From: Pecten maximus | Taxonomy: Eukaryota | Direction: 5' to 3' | Length of the DNA: 64,000 bases | NCBI RefSeq assembly: GCF_902652985.1 | Contig: NC_047020.1 | Location: 36,642,001-36,706,000 of the forward strand | Shown here: in pieces, positions 53,097 through 64,000 of the stretch | Layout of the letters: each line of letters starts with the position of its first letter | How positions within the stretch are numbered: position 1 is the stretch's first letter | Translations under genes and position numbers: made by a program | The notes under the pieces: model-generated | The model's database searches: none | What the model was told of the DNA's origin: nothing | Seen by the model: only the letters and a program-made list of their open reading frames with translations

Positions 53097-53555
53097 ATCT
53101 CGTATATACGAGTTTCTTTCTCGTATATACGAGATTATTTCTCGTAATAACGAGATTATTTCTCGTATATACGAGTTTATTTCTCGTATATACGAGATTA
53201 TTTCTCGTAATAACGAGATTATTTCTCGTATATACGAGTTTATTTCTCGTAATAACGAGATTATTTCTCGTATATACGAGTTTATTTCTCGTATATACGA
53301 GTTTATTTCTCGTAATAACGAGATTATTTCTCGTATATACGAGTTTATTTCTCGTAATAACGAGATTATTTCTCGTATATACGAGTTTATTTCTCGTATA
53401 TACGAGATTATTTCTCGTATATACGAGTTTATTTCTCGTATATACGAGATTTTTTCTCGTATATACGAGATTATTTCTCGTATATACGAGTATATACGGG
53501 ATTATTTCTCGTATATACGAGTTTCTTTCTCGTATATATGCGAGTTTATTTCTCG
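53097..53555 (+). repeat. 21-bp subterminal tandem array with palindrome CTCGTATATACGAG (~21 units)
   Basis: Unit TTATTTCTCGTATATACGAGA, with variant CTCGTAATAACGAG. Confidence 0.95.
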
Positions 53556-53664
53556 TGTAGAATTTTTTCTTGTTTTTTCGAGTTTTTTTTTCTTGTTTTT
53601 TCGAGATTTTTTTTCTTGTTACGACAATCGCACGGTTTTCGGCACGTAATGGTAAAGGCTGAGA

Positions 53665-53736
53665 ATGACGGAAGACTCGTTTTACGATTATGTGGACTCG
53701 CTTGGGGTTGCAAGTGATATATTACGGGATCAGAAG
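53665..53736 (+). CDS. Exon 1 of SAM-Ubl-HECT E3 ligase gene (MTEDSFYDYVDSLGVASDILRDQK)
   Basis: ATG at 53665, 24 open codons, consensus donor AAG|GTAAGT at 53737. It joins in phase 0 to 60927 to give ...LRDQK|IDQYVIQLMSEEEMKKYIPLHGDRMKI, a SAM-domain pattern. Confidence 0.7.
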
Positions 53737-54164
53737 GTAAGTGATTATGTACATAGGCCTATTTTATTTTCCTTCTAATGAATAGGTCTAGTGAAATGTC
53801 ACATGCGGATCATGAGTGATGTAAATGATATAATCATGTAGCTAGGCCTACATCCCGTCATCCCCGAAATGGCGGCGGACCTACACGCTTCAAATGATAT
53901 ATGATGCAGCTACTTTTTATTACTGATTGATTGCCCTCAAAATTCGAAATAAGAAGCACCGAGATATATCTCCGAAAACTGTTAGCACTCGTGTAAACAT
54001 TATCCACGTGTGTGGCGATGTTATTGTATGGCGACGTTAGTCGCTAACTTGAAATGTGTATGTTCAATATACATGTGTGACAATGACAATTGTTTTATTC
54101 TCAGTGAACCTAAATTTTATACGTTCACGCGACTTCCGACAGATGGATAATAATAATAATAATA

Positions 54165-56137
54165 ACTAGATTTGATCAGGATCAAAGCACGAGATTTCCA
54201 GCTAGGAAAAGATCGCAGACATGCGTTCGTTCTGACGGACGCTTTTGTACGTTTTACCTACGATTTCTATTCGTTTTCTCTTCGCTTCCCTTCTTTAACT
54301 GATCATTTGACTTTTAACCGTACCTGTAACTATTTTTTTCATCTCATATGAAAGAGCATGGACCACTGAGAAGGAGAGTGTAAATATTTTGGTAATCGGA
54401 TAAAAAATTACGGAGATATGGCACTTTGAAAAGTTAAAAGTTTTTCCCGCCAAAATTCAAAATTCAGGCAAAAATGCTTCTCTTCCGTCATCTATACACC
54501 TATAGACTTGATTTTTGGCACAACAATAGCATATGCGAGTGGCTACAAAACTTATTACTTTTCATTGACCTTGACCTTCATTCAAGGTCAAATAAAAAAA
54601 ATCAAAATTTGAAAAAAATCTTTCTATCGTTTTTTCCCTTAAACTATCAGTGCATCTTGTAGTTCATAGACAGGACATACTTTTCTCTCTAACATGCATG
54701 TCAATGTCCCAGAACGAGTTCAAATCGAGGTAAAACTTTTAAAATTCAAAATGAGGTTTTTTTTAATTACATTTTAAAGTGCGTGATTGATGAAGATGAA
54801 CTGTGCAAGTTTTATGGTCGTGCGATGAAAAATGAAGAAGAAATGGCACTTTGAAAATTTTTCGTTTTCCCGCCATAATTCAAATTGATATTTAGCACAG
54901 TGATAGCTTGTACGAAGGGCTACAAACTTGGTTACTTTTCATTTATCTTGACCTTCGTTCAAGGTCACAGAGGTCAAATAATCAAAAATCAAAATTTTCA
55001 AATTCTTTTAATTTTTTTATTTTGATTCTCTTTAGAAGAAAATGCTCTTATGAAGATGTATGCAACGTTTCAAGGTCAAATCATCAAAAAAAACAACAAC
55101 AAAAAAACCCGAAGATAAAAGTATGGTATACACGATACACAGCAAGGTATACACGGTACTGGATGCACGATATTTTTGCGGGATACATAATATACGATAC
55201 AGTAAACACAAAACACGGTACGGTATACACGATACTTTTTACGAAATACACGGTATTTGGTACGAGCTGCACGGTACGGTATGCATGATACATGATACAC
55301 GATACACTGTATGGTATACACGATACTTGGTACGAGATACACAGTACAGTATACACAATACACGGTACGGGAGAGACGATACACTGTATGGAATACAAGA
55401 TATACGGTTCAGTTAACACGATAAAAGGTACGAGACACACGATTCACTGTTATACGGTATACATGGTACGGGATACACGATACACGGTACGGGATAGATG
55501 ATACATGTTACTGTATACATGATACAATACGGGATACACGATACATGGAACGGGATACACAGTACAGTAAACACGATACAAGGTACGAGATACACGATTC
55601 ACGGTACAGTAAACACGATACAAGGTACGAGGTACACGATTCACGGTACAGTAAACACGATACAAGGTACGAGGTACACGATTCACGAAGGTCAAATGAT
55701 ACAAAATAAAAAAAAATCAAATTATCTTTAAAACGGTTTATTTTCATTGTATATGAAAGAAAACGTTATTTTGAAGGTGTTTGCAGCGTTTGAAAGTCAA
55801 ATCATCAAATATAACTCGGAAAAAAAACCTTTGGAAAACATTTTCTCGCCAACATTAAATATTATCCTCAATCTACGCTTAAAATGTTTTCTTCCAATAT
55901 TCTGATACCTATAGACTTGATGATTAGCACATCTATAGCATGAATGTTTAACCTTGACCAACGATTTTTATGATCAAGGACACGGTTCAAAATCAAATGA
56001 CGGTTTAAGAAGTGAAACGAAGAGAAAACGAAGAGAAAACGTAGGTAGAACGTACAAAAGCGTTCGTCAGAATGATAAAATGTCTGCGATTATTTCCTAG
56101 ATGGAAATCCAGTGTTTTGATCTTGATCAAATCTAGT
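54165..56137. mobile_element. ~2-kb element with ~130-bp imperfect TIRs and an internal GATACACGGTAC-type repeat array (55125-55690)
   Basis: ACTAGATTTGATCAGGATCAAAGCAC...GTGTTTTGATCTTGATCAAATCTAGT. Inner TIR parts GCTTTTGTACGTT / AACGTACAAAAGC. Recurrent TTGACCTTCATTCAAGGTCA motif. Confidence 0.75.
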
Positions 56138-56284
56138 ATATATATGCTATTATTTGTGTTCCAAAGAAATTATCGGCGGATTCTTATAACAACAACTGTC
56201 GGTAATAAAAAGTAATGTTTTACTTACATCAGGTAATTTCCTACGGCATGTATATCAGGTAGAAACAGTCACCGTTGCCTATTA

Positions 56285-56938
56285 TTAGCTCACCTGCCCG
56301 AAGGGCAAGTGAGCTTCTGCCGTGGTGCTGAGTCCGTCGTCCGTCAATCCGTCGGTCCGTCTGGCGTCATTTTTTTCATTCAAACAACTTCTTCCCAATA
56401 ACCAAGAGGCCCAGGGACTTGATATTGGACCTGTAGCATACGGGTGTGAAGGACTACAAAGTTTGTTCAAAGAAATAACCTTGACCTTCATTCAAGGTCA
56501 CATGGGTCAAAAAGGCTATAATCTTCCAACGACTTCTCAATAACAAAGAGGCCCAGGGACTTGATATTGGGCCTGTAGCATGCTGAGAGGCCCACGGACT
56601 TGATATTGGGCCTGTAGCATGCTGAGATGTAGGGCTACCAAGTTTGTTCAAATAAATAACCCTGACCTTCATTCATGTTCACAGGGGTGAAACCAGCATA
56701 AATCTGTAAACAATTATTTTGCGATAGCCAACAGTCTCTGAAACCTGATATTATAGACAAATATTATGCTGGAATGAAGGACTAGAAAATTTATTGATAT
56801 GAAAAAGTAAGCATACACTGATATTTGAAAAAAAGAGGTAATCAGCATAGTAAAAAATCTATGTGTAGAAATGACCTCAATCAACGTCAAAGTTGGTGTA
56901 GAGCCAGGTGAGCGATACAGGCCCAGTGGGCCTCTTGT
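56285..56938 (+). mobile_element. HINE-like non-autonomous Helentron/Helitron
   Basis: 5' TTAGCTCACCTGCCCGAAGGGCAAGTGAGCT hairpin, (CCGT)n microsatellite, partial core repeats, and 3' CAGGTGAGCGA...AGGCCCAGTGGGCCTCTTGT. Confidence 0.85.
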
Positions 56939-56947
56939 ATCTTTTAA

Positions 56948-59367
56948 AGTGTACCCTGAACGTAAAGCGATAATCGAATATGTTATTCTTTGTAAACACA
57001 AAGAAGAATGTCGCAAACCGCATCAAAATCGGTTGGCCGAGTGCCGAGATATCGCACATCGAAGTATGGTGGCCAGTAGCATAGAGGACAGTGCGAACAG
57101 TAGCAGCACAAACATGTCTGAATACGATCTGGACATGAGATTTTAGGTTGTTGAATTTGGCGAAAATTGCCGACAAGAAGTCGGAATCCAACAATATAAG
57201 TTTAAGTTTAAAAAAAAAATTGTGAAATTGACTCTGAAATCTGAAATCTGATTAACACAGACTGGTGTAATAATCGGTCAATCACCAATAAATGTATATT
57301 AGTTATGTGTTTACCATTTCTTACTCATTACCAAAGAAAGGAACACAGCATCAACATTTTTATATAAAATAATGTGCCATTTCATTCGCAAATTAATATT
57401 CAAATAAACATACCAACAATACAACAGTTCTGGATACTCTGGTTTGTGAGAACAGACGAACACACATACAGTAAATTCATGCGTTATATTCTATACAAAA
57501 CCTGCTTCTAGTCATGAAGGACACTTAATTCAGAAAGTAATATATTATAATCATCATGATCTACAATAGACTAAATCTCTCCCGTATGAATATCAGTGTT
57601 GAAGTCTACAACAAACTTCTACATATACAGATTGTATCCCTTATTTTACATGCCATGGTCTCAGGGATTAAGGACGATTAAATGCTTGAGAAAGATATAA
57701 TTTATATACGATCGTTGTCAGTGAAATTATATAAAAGTGATTCGCAACAATTATAATATAATTGATACTTTCTGTACGGGTATAAAGCATACAGAGTAGC
57801 TACTTATTAAAACCATCATTTTAGCTCCTATTTTTATGATAAAAAACCTACAAATTATTTCATTGTGACTAATCATAATTAATACTAAAACTTATAAACT
57901 CGCAATGATTTTCGTGTATGATTTTTTTTTCAAATTTTATGTATTTTTTGCTATTTTTTTTTATTGTGTCATTATTGTGAAGTGATCCAGATCCTTGTGG
58001 TTTTGCTTTCCATTCGTGTCGCAAGTCATATCTTCACTTAAAAAGGGACTTCTTAACAGATGTATAAACATGTTCGGAGAATTACAAATTCTCAAGTTTG
58101 AATGGGATAGTATACCGCTAAACAATTACCAGGTGTGAAATTACGGTCCACAAGCTCGTCACACCTGTCTCTGCACCGCAGGTGTCTGTGATTTCTGGTG
58201 TTCTAATCGGCACACGCCGATAATTGCTTGTGAGTTCACGCGTTTGGTTTCTGTGCACTTCAAAAAAGTTCCGAAGACATGCTTTTACAGGTTGTACATA
58301 AATTGAGCTTGAATTTTATTAAGAATTGCGTTTATACTATAGGGAATACATTTTCAAGTTGTTGAAATCAAACACATTATTTTTGGAATTCAGTGAGTTT
58401 CGTTTTCCTTACAAACGAAAAAAAAATCGTATCTCAAAGGTTTGTCTATAGAGTAATTAACCAAAGTTACCTCATTTATATATATATATATACCCATGAT
58501 GTTGAAAAATTACTTTATGAATCTTGTCTGGGAGTTACTGATCTTTCATGGACACGTTTTATCAATTGCGGACAATTACCCAAAAAATCACAAATAACGG
58601 TATCATTGCTGTTTTGGCTAATAAAAAATTCAAAATGATTAGCATTTATTTCACATCTTGTATGAATTGCATTTTAAACTTGTATTACTAGAAGTATTAT
58701 AACCGAAATCAATACTGGTACATTTGTATGTAACAAACCGGTCATGCCCTCATAATAAACGGCCCGTTATTCAAATGTCATACATGTTACCAGAGACATA
58801 TATACAGTATCTGATGTTACAACGACCCGTTAAAATAAAAAAAAAATTAAATATACATGTTATATACGACCTGTTATAAAAGAAAATAAATAAGATGATA
58901 CACGTTGTATTTGGCCCGTTATAATAGAAAATTAGTAAGATGTTACATGTTGTACATGTATATGGCTCGTTATGAGAGAAAATTAGTGAGATGCTACATG
59001 TTATATATGGCCCGTTTAAAAAGAAAATTATATGTCCCTGGTTTCGGTAGCACTTGTTATTAACTAATTCACCAATATAACCCAGGGAGTTTATTTAGCA
59101 CTTTCATTTTTGTTGTCTTATTCGCATTAATTACAGGCACGTGTTCACATTTGTTTCTATATATTTCCTATAAGGCGGCTCCGATCGTGTTCAACCTGTG
59201 ACGTCACAGGTCAGAGGTCACCAAAACGAGGTATTCAGGTGTGTTTTCGAGAAAAATCGCAATTACTCGGTAATGGGTCGGCCGATTTTGATACAGTTTT
59301 CTGCATTCTGGTTTATTAATCAATACCAATAACATATTTAAATATATTTTTTCGTTCAGGGTACACT
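56948..59367. mobile_element. Kolobok-like non-autonomous DNA transposon (2.4 kb)
   Basis: 15-bp TIR AGTGTACCCTGAACG...CGTTCAGGGTACACT, with further imperfect sub-terminal IR (CATCAAAATCGG / CCGATTTTGAT). TTAA on both flanks (56944-56947, 59368-59371). No credible ORF. Confidence 0.8.
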
Positions 59368-59575
59368 TTAACAGCTGAAATATATAATAGCGTAATTACT
59401 GCCGAAGTGTTCTGGGTACGACTGTAATGTTCAGCGCTGTTTATTAAATCGGATAACACCTTAACTCAGTAGCAGTAACATTTTATACGCACATACGCAG
59501 CCCAACTTCCTGCGGCGGAGGTATGAAACGGGTCCCATTGCCGTCTATAATAACAATGTTCCCGGTGAAACTTCC

Positions 59576-59885
59576 TACGGGAGTGTATTAGGGCCACTAG
59601 AAAAATAAAATGTCGTACGTACGACTTACTATGTTGTACGTACGATTTACTATGTTGTACGTACGACTTACTATGTTGTACGTACGACTTACTATGTTGT
59701 ACGTACGACATACTATGTTGTACGTACGACTTACTATGTTGTACGTACGATTTACTATGTTGTACGTACGACTTACTATGTTGTACGTACGACTTACTTT
59801 GTTGTACGTACGACATACTATGTTGTACGTACGACTTACTATGTTGTACGTACGACTTTTAAAATCATATCGTACTACGACATAG
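59576..59885 (+). mobile_element. One end of an IS3EU-type element with a 21-bp palindromic array (~12 units)
   Basis: Terminus-like TACGGGAGTGTATTAGGGCCACT followed by (TATGTTGTACGTACGACTTAC)n. Partner TIR and TSD not found. Confidence 0.6.
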
Positions 59886-59901
59886 TAAGAGTCTCCATTT
59901 C

Positions 59902-60420
59902 TATGGGGCGGCTTGTCACTATTAATTAACAAAACTAGATATCCATAACTGAAATCAATAAATGAATTATGGACATCAATGATTAATCTCGAATATCAAT
60001 AATTGAATTATGCCTATGGATATCAGTGATTAATTTTGAATATCAATAATTGAATTATGGATATCAATAACTGAATTATGCCTATGGATATCAGTGATTA
60101 ATTTTGGATATCTATAAGTAATCGAATTATGGATATCAATGAATGAATTATAGATATCCATAATTCCAATTTTGGATTTGTGTAAATTTGAAACAATTCA
60201 AGATGTCGCAAATTTTTAACTTTGGATATCCAGAAATGAATTATACATATATCAATAATTCGAATTATGGATATCCAAAAGTCGAATTACGGATATCCGA
60301 AAATACATGAAATTATTGATATCCAATTTTTTTTATTTATGATATGAATTCGAATTATCGATATCCAAAATTCAAATCATGGATGTCTAGTTTTGTTTAA
60401 GTTTTGTATGGTGTCCCATA
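59902..60420. mobile_element. Non-autonomous IS3EU-type element with 6-bp TSD
   Basis: Ends TATGGG...CCCATA, exact TSD CATTTC (59896-59901, 60421-60426), inner IR AACAAAACTAGATATCCAT / ATGGATGTCTAGTTTTGTT, and internal ~21-bp GAATTATGGATATC repeats in both orientations. Confidence 0.8.
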
Positions 60421-60784
60421 CATTTCACATGGTTTCTCTTCTTGAACACGCATGTGATGCACTTATTAAAGAATTAATTGGATAACTACATGTACTATTA
60501 ATATTTTTAAGACGTGTAAGAGTATATACTTGACGAAACTTTGATACACATATCCCTCTATTCCACGTTACGCGGCGTAATTTACTGTACATCGCCGTAG
60601 AGCGTAATACCGCGTAACAGTGCTGTAATACACCGTAATATACACGTATCTCCCCGTAAATGTTTACGCCGTCTTACTGGACGGCTTTTCGCGAAAGTGG
60701 GACTGAGCCATAATGTACAGGTGTTACCCACCTTAAGATTTATGATGCCCGAACCGAACCTATACTTACGGGTATGTTATGAGA

Positions 60785-60886
60785 ATATCACCGATGTTAT
60801 CTTGATATCACCGATATTATCTTGATATCATCGATATTATCTTGATATCACCGATATCATCTTGATATCACCGATATTATCTTGAT
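60785..60886 (+). repeat. 20-bp tandem repeat (~5 units)
   Basis: GATATCACCGATATTATCTT repeated just upstream of the splice acceptor. Confidence 0.85.
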
Positions 60887-60926
60887 GATTGTATCTTCTA
60901 AATCGATGTGTCTTATTTGATTTCAG

Positions 60927-62713
60927 ATTGACCAATATGTCATACAACTGATGTCCGAAGAGGAAATGAAAAAATACATACCGTTGCACGGAGACAGAAT
61001 GAAAATCCGAAGGTACATAAGAAATCAGGACAAACATAAAAATATGGGATTGTCCAGGCAAGGGGAGCTAATTTCGAAGTTAAGATCAAAACTTGAAAAT
61101 AGATTGTCCCCAGAAAATTCTGCTTGCGCAGAAGTGCTCGCACTAGACATTTGACAGGAAATGACCATGCTATGAAGACCAATCGACTGATCGAAATCGG
61201 CTGGATCCACATTAGTGGTACGACACGCACTCAGATAAGAACAAAGCAAGGCGGTGGAACGAGGAAGGTTACAGTTACAAAATCAGCTACTAAAAAGGAC
61301 ATCCATGACCTAGCAGTGGGATTGTTCTTTCCAGACGGGGTTTCCTCCAAGGGAAGTAAGTCTGACTTCACGTTTGACGTCTCTGATTATCAAGAGGCAC
61401 CATTTGAAGACCATGTAACAGTGGGGGAGTTGTACACTGCTACAAAGTTGAACATTCTGAGATTTTATTTGACATCAACTGCCAAAGATACAGATGATGA
61501 TTCACTGCCGGATTTGGAAGGCGATTTGTCGGCTCTAAAAGATATCGAAACATTTAATGATGAACCCATGGATACAACATGCACCAACATGATAGCGGAG
61601 GCTGCAACAACGGCAGGTATTTTGAATGCGATTGATATAATGGAGGATATCGAAATAGACCCAAATATAAATGATAGAAATGAAGAATTAAACGACACTC
61701 TACTTTCCGAAATACTTCCGTCCACTGAACAAACTCTGCGTCTGCATCGCGGACATATCCTTAAAGACCTGAACCTTGCAATCAAGAATGTGGATCCATT
61801 TCGAGATATCATAACTGTTCAAATTGTTCTCCCGAATGGAATTATTGAGGTAGCGGAAGATGCAGGGGGAGTTACAAGGGATGCCCTAACAGAATATTGG
61901 GAAACATTTTATGAACAAAATACAATGGGTGGCGATTTCAAAGTTCCTTGTATCCGTCATGACTATGGCACAGACGAATGGACTTCAGTCTCCAAGGTCA
62001 TTGTATTCGGTTGGAAATCTGTAGGATATTTCCCTATAAGGTTGTCTCTTCCTTTTGTGGAAAGTTGCATGTTTGGGAAACACACAGCAGATCTCAAAAC
62101 GGAGTTTTTAAAAACATTACCAAAGGCTGACAGTGATGTTCTGAAAGGCTCAATGTCCAATTTCCAAGCAGTTTCGTTAGATGACCTGACGGATGTCCTC
62201 GACACACATGATGTTAAGACAATTCCGAACCCAGGAAACATTGAACGCCTTGTGAGTGAGATCGCACACAAGGAACTTATTCAAGCTGGCATGTTTATTA
62301 TCAACTGTTGGCATCCAGTGATGAAGCATATGAAGATGATCACTCATGAACGGTTGGTAATCATGTATGACCAACTGGTCCCATCACCAAGACGCGTGGC
62401 GCAGCTATTTAAATTCCCGGAACACATGGCTCAGGAAGAGTTAACCACCGCAAACCACATGAAGCGCTTTGTCAGGGAACTAGATCACGGCAACCTCGGG
62501 AACTTTCTACGATTCTGTACAGGATCAGACATTCTCTTATGCAAACACATACAAGTCAATTTCGTAGTCAATGAAGGTCTCGGGAGGCGACCAGTAGCAC
62601 ACACATGTTCCTGTATGTTGGAATTGCCAAAAAAATACGAGTCATATCCTGTTTTCAGATCAGAATTCCTAACGATTCTGAAAGCTGGTGTTTGGGTAAT
62701 GGACATAATATAA
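60927..62713 (+). CDS. Exon 2 of SAM-Ubl-HECT E3 ubiquitin ligase-like gene (G2E3-like HECT); frame break at ~61103-61151
   Basis: Acceptor TTTGATTTCAG|ATT at 60926/7, followed by the rest of the SAM domain. Then IEIGWIH...GGGTRKV...LFFPDG (ubiquitin-like fold by inference) and an acidic linker. HECT N-lobe LRLHRGHI...EVAEDAGGVTRD. HECT C-lobe FLRFCTGSD...RRPVAHTCSCMLELP with catalytic Cys at 62606-62608. Confidence 0.85.
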
Positions 62714-63625
62714 ACAAATACTCATACTTACATTGTGTACCAATATCTAGCTATTTTCAGCGGGGCTTATGTCATTGCCCTGGTATTCCTTAGCTATCAG
62801 TGATATTCATGTTCAATGGTGTTAATGACATCTTTAAAATATATACCGTCGAATTGGCACAATTTGTATCATATAGTTTCACATCTAATGGTACATGTCG
62901 TCACAAAAGAGTGCTGGATTTTGCATAGAACATCTTTGAGACCCAGTACTATAGTTTTTAAAATGACATGTACTTTTTTTTTTTAATTTAGTAGGGAACA
63001 GATGGTTCTCATAATATCTGTCGTGTTTAGTTCGTGTTCTTTAAAAACGATTGATAGTTAGTCCCGCGAATTTTAAATTTGAATATAACATTGCAATATG
63101 TGAGTTAGTGATACACATAACATGCATGGCAAATGCTTTCATAATCGTATGCCAATTATCTTAAGCATCTTATTAATCTTTTTATAGGTATTACACTGTT
63201 CATTTAAAACTTCTGGTTGAGCCACAATAAGCAGTGGTTAAAAACAATTGGATAAAATGGACTGTCAACGGTTCCTAATCGGTGACCTGTACATGCTTCT
63301 ATAGACTTGTCGTTATTGATTAAAAGCTAACTATATCATTTGTCTATGTCTTCTTATCTGTTTCAATCCTCATACTTTGTCAAAACATTTGGCCAAGCAC
63401 AAAATGAACATATTTCGATACACAAATCCCGCATACATCTGTTTGTGCAGTATGGAATGTATACACAATTCAATAATATAATGTCACGACCAGCATTTGT
63501 GAGAATAAAATCTATTGCATAGCACAATGATACGAGTACAAGATTCTATTTACCACAGGATAAAAGCGATGATCTCAATGTATTTCCCTATATTTAAGTC
63601 ACTTGCTCAGTTTAGCTTCGCTGAG

Positions 63626-64000
63626 TACGGAAGCGTATAGTGACCCCCCGAAACCAACTTATAAATGATTAAATATTAGTTTGTTATGACGTATGACCTA
63701 CTTAAAAGTTGTCTTCACGACTTTTATATAATTTTTAATCACACTAGCGACTGAAATGAAGCTTCTATATCATGATCTCGTTTTCATTACATCAGTTAAG
63801 TTGTCATGTGACATAATTTGTGTCAATTTTGTGACTACCGAATTTCCGACAGAAAAATCATTATCGTATCACAATATTCATCAAATAACCCGGTTTGACA
63901 ACTTGTAGAGTAATATCACGTTAAAACGGCTTAACCATTTAATTAAACCAAATGCTATGTTACAAAAATGGCTGTCAGACTCCAGTCGTTTTAACTTGAT
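63626..64000 (+). mobile_element. Possible left terminus of another IS3EU-type element
   Basis: TACGGAAGCGTATAGTGACC shares its first 9 nt with the terminus at 53030. The rest runs off the window. Confidence 0.35.

Larger units (their letters stand above)
53030..64000 (+). mobile_element. Left part of a putative large IS3EU-type DNA transposon carrying a HECT ligase gene (right end not seen)
   Basis: Starts TACGGAAGCCGAATAGGACCA, then a 21-bp palindrome array, then the SAM-HECT gene. The end architecture matches the TSD-verified elements at 1039-1668 and 59902-60420. No matching right TIR or transposase in the window. Confidence 0.55.

Noticed and set aside
61124-62713. Calling the ORF a standalone 529-aa G2E3 orthologue starting at TTG 61124
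   Set aside because: No PHD/RING region is present, and the upstream SAM-coding sequence and splice sites indicate a longer gene. No gene symbol assigned.

Overview
AT-rich, repeat-dense animal DNA. The SINE and Helentron-associated repeat types suggest a bivalve mollusc (inference). No ordinary host gene could be identified. Two coding units stand out. (1) A complete, apparently very young Gmr1-type Ty3/gypsy LTR retrotransposon at 31538-37082. It has 426-bp LTRs that read identical, a 5-bp GTAAT target-site duplication (TSD), a tRNA-Leu primer-binding site and a polypurine tract. Its gag-PR-INT-RT-RNaseH ORF is broken only by a 1-nt deletion in the RNase H TDH motif. (2) A spliced SAM / ubiquitin-like / HECT E3 ligase gene that the ORF track only partly shows (exon 1 53665-53736, exon 2 60927-62713). 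It sits just inside what looks like the left end of an IS3EU-type DNA transposon: a TACGGAAG terminus at 53030 followed by a 21-bp palindromic repeat array. Its 7.2-kb intron is filled with nested elements. Short elements with the same signature (TAY...RTA ends, 6-bp TSD, 21-22-bp palindrome arrays) recur in the window. The rest consists of tRNA-derived SINEs, Helentron-associated (HINE-like) elements with 155-bp satellite cores, hAT-, P- and Kolobok-like MITEs, foldback hairpins and minisatellites. Most short ORFs in the track are artefacts of these repeats.
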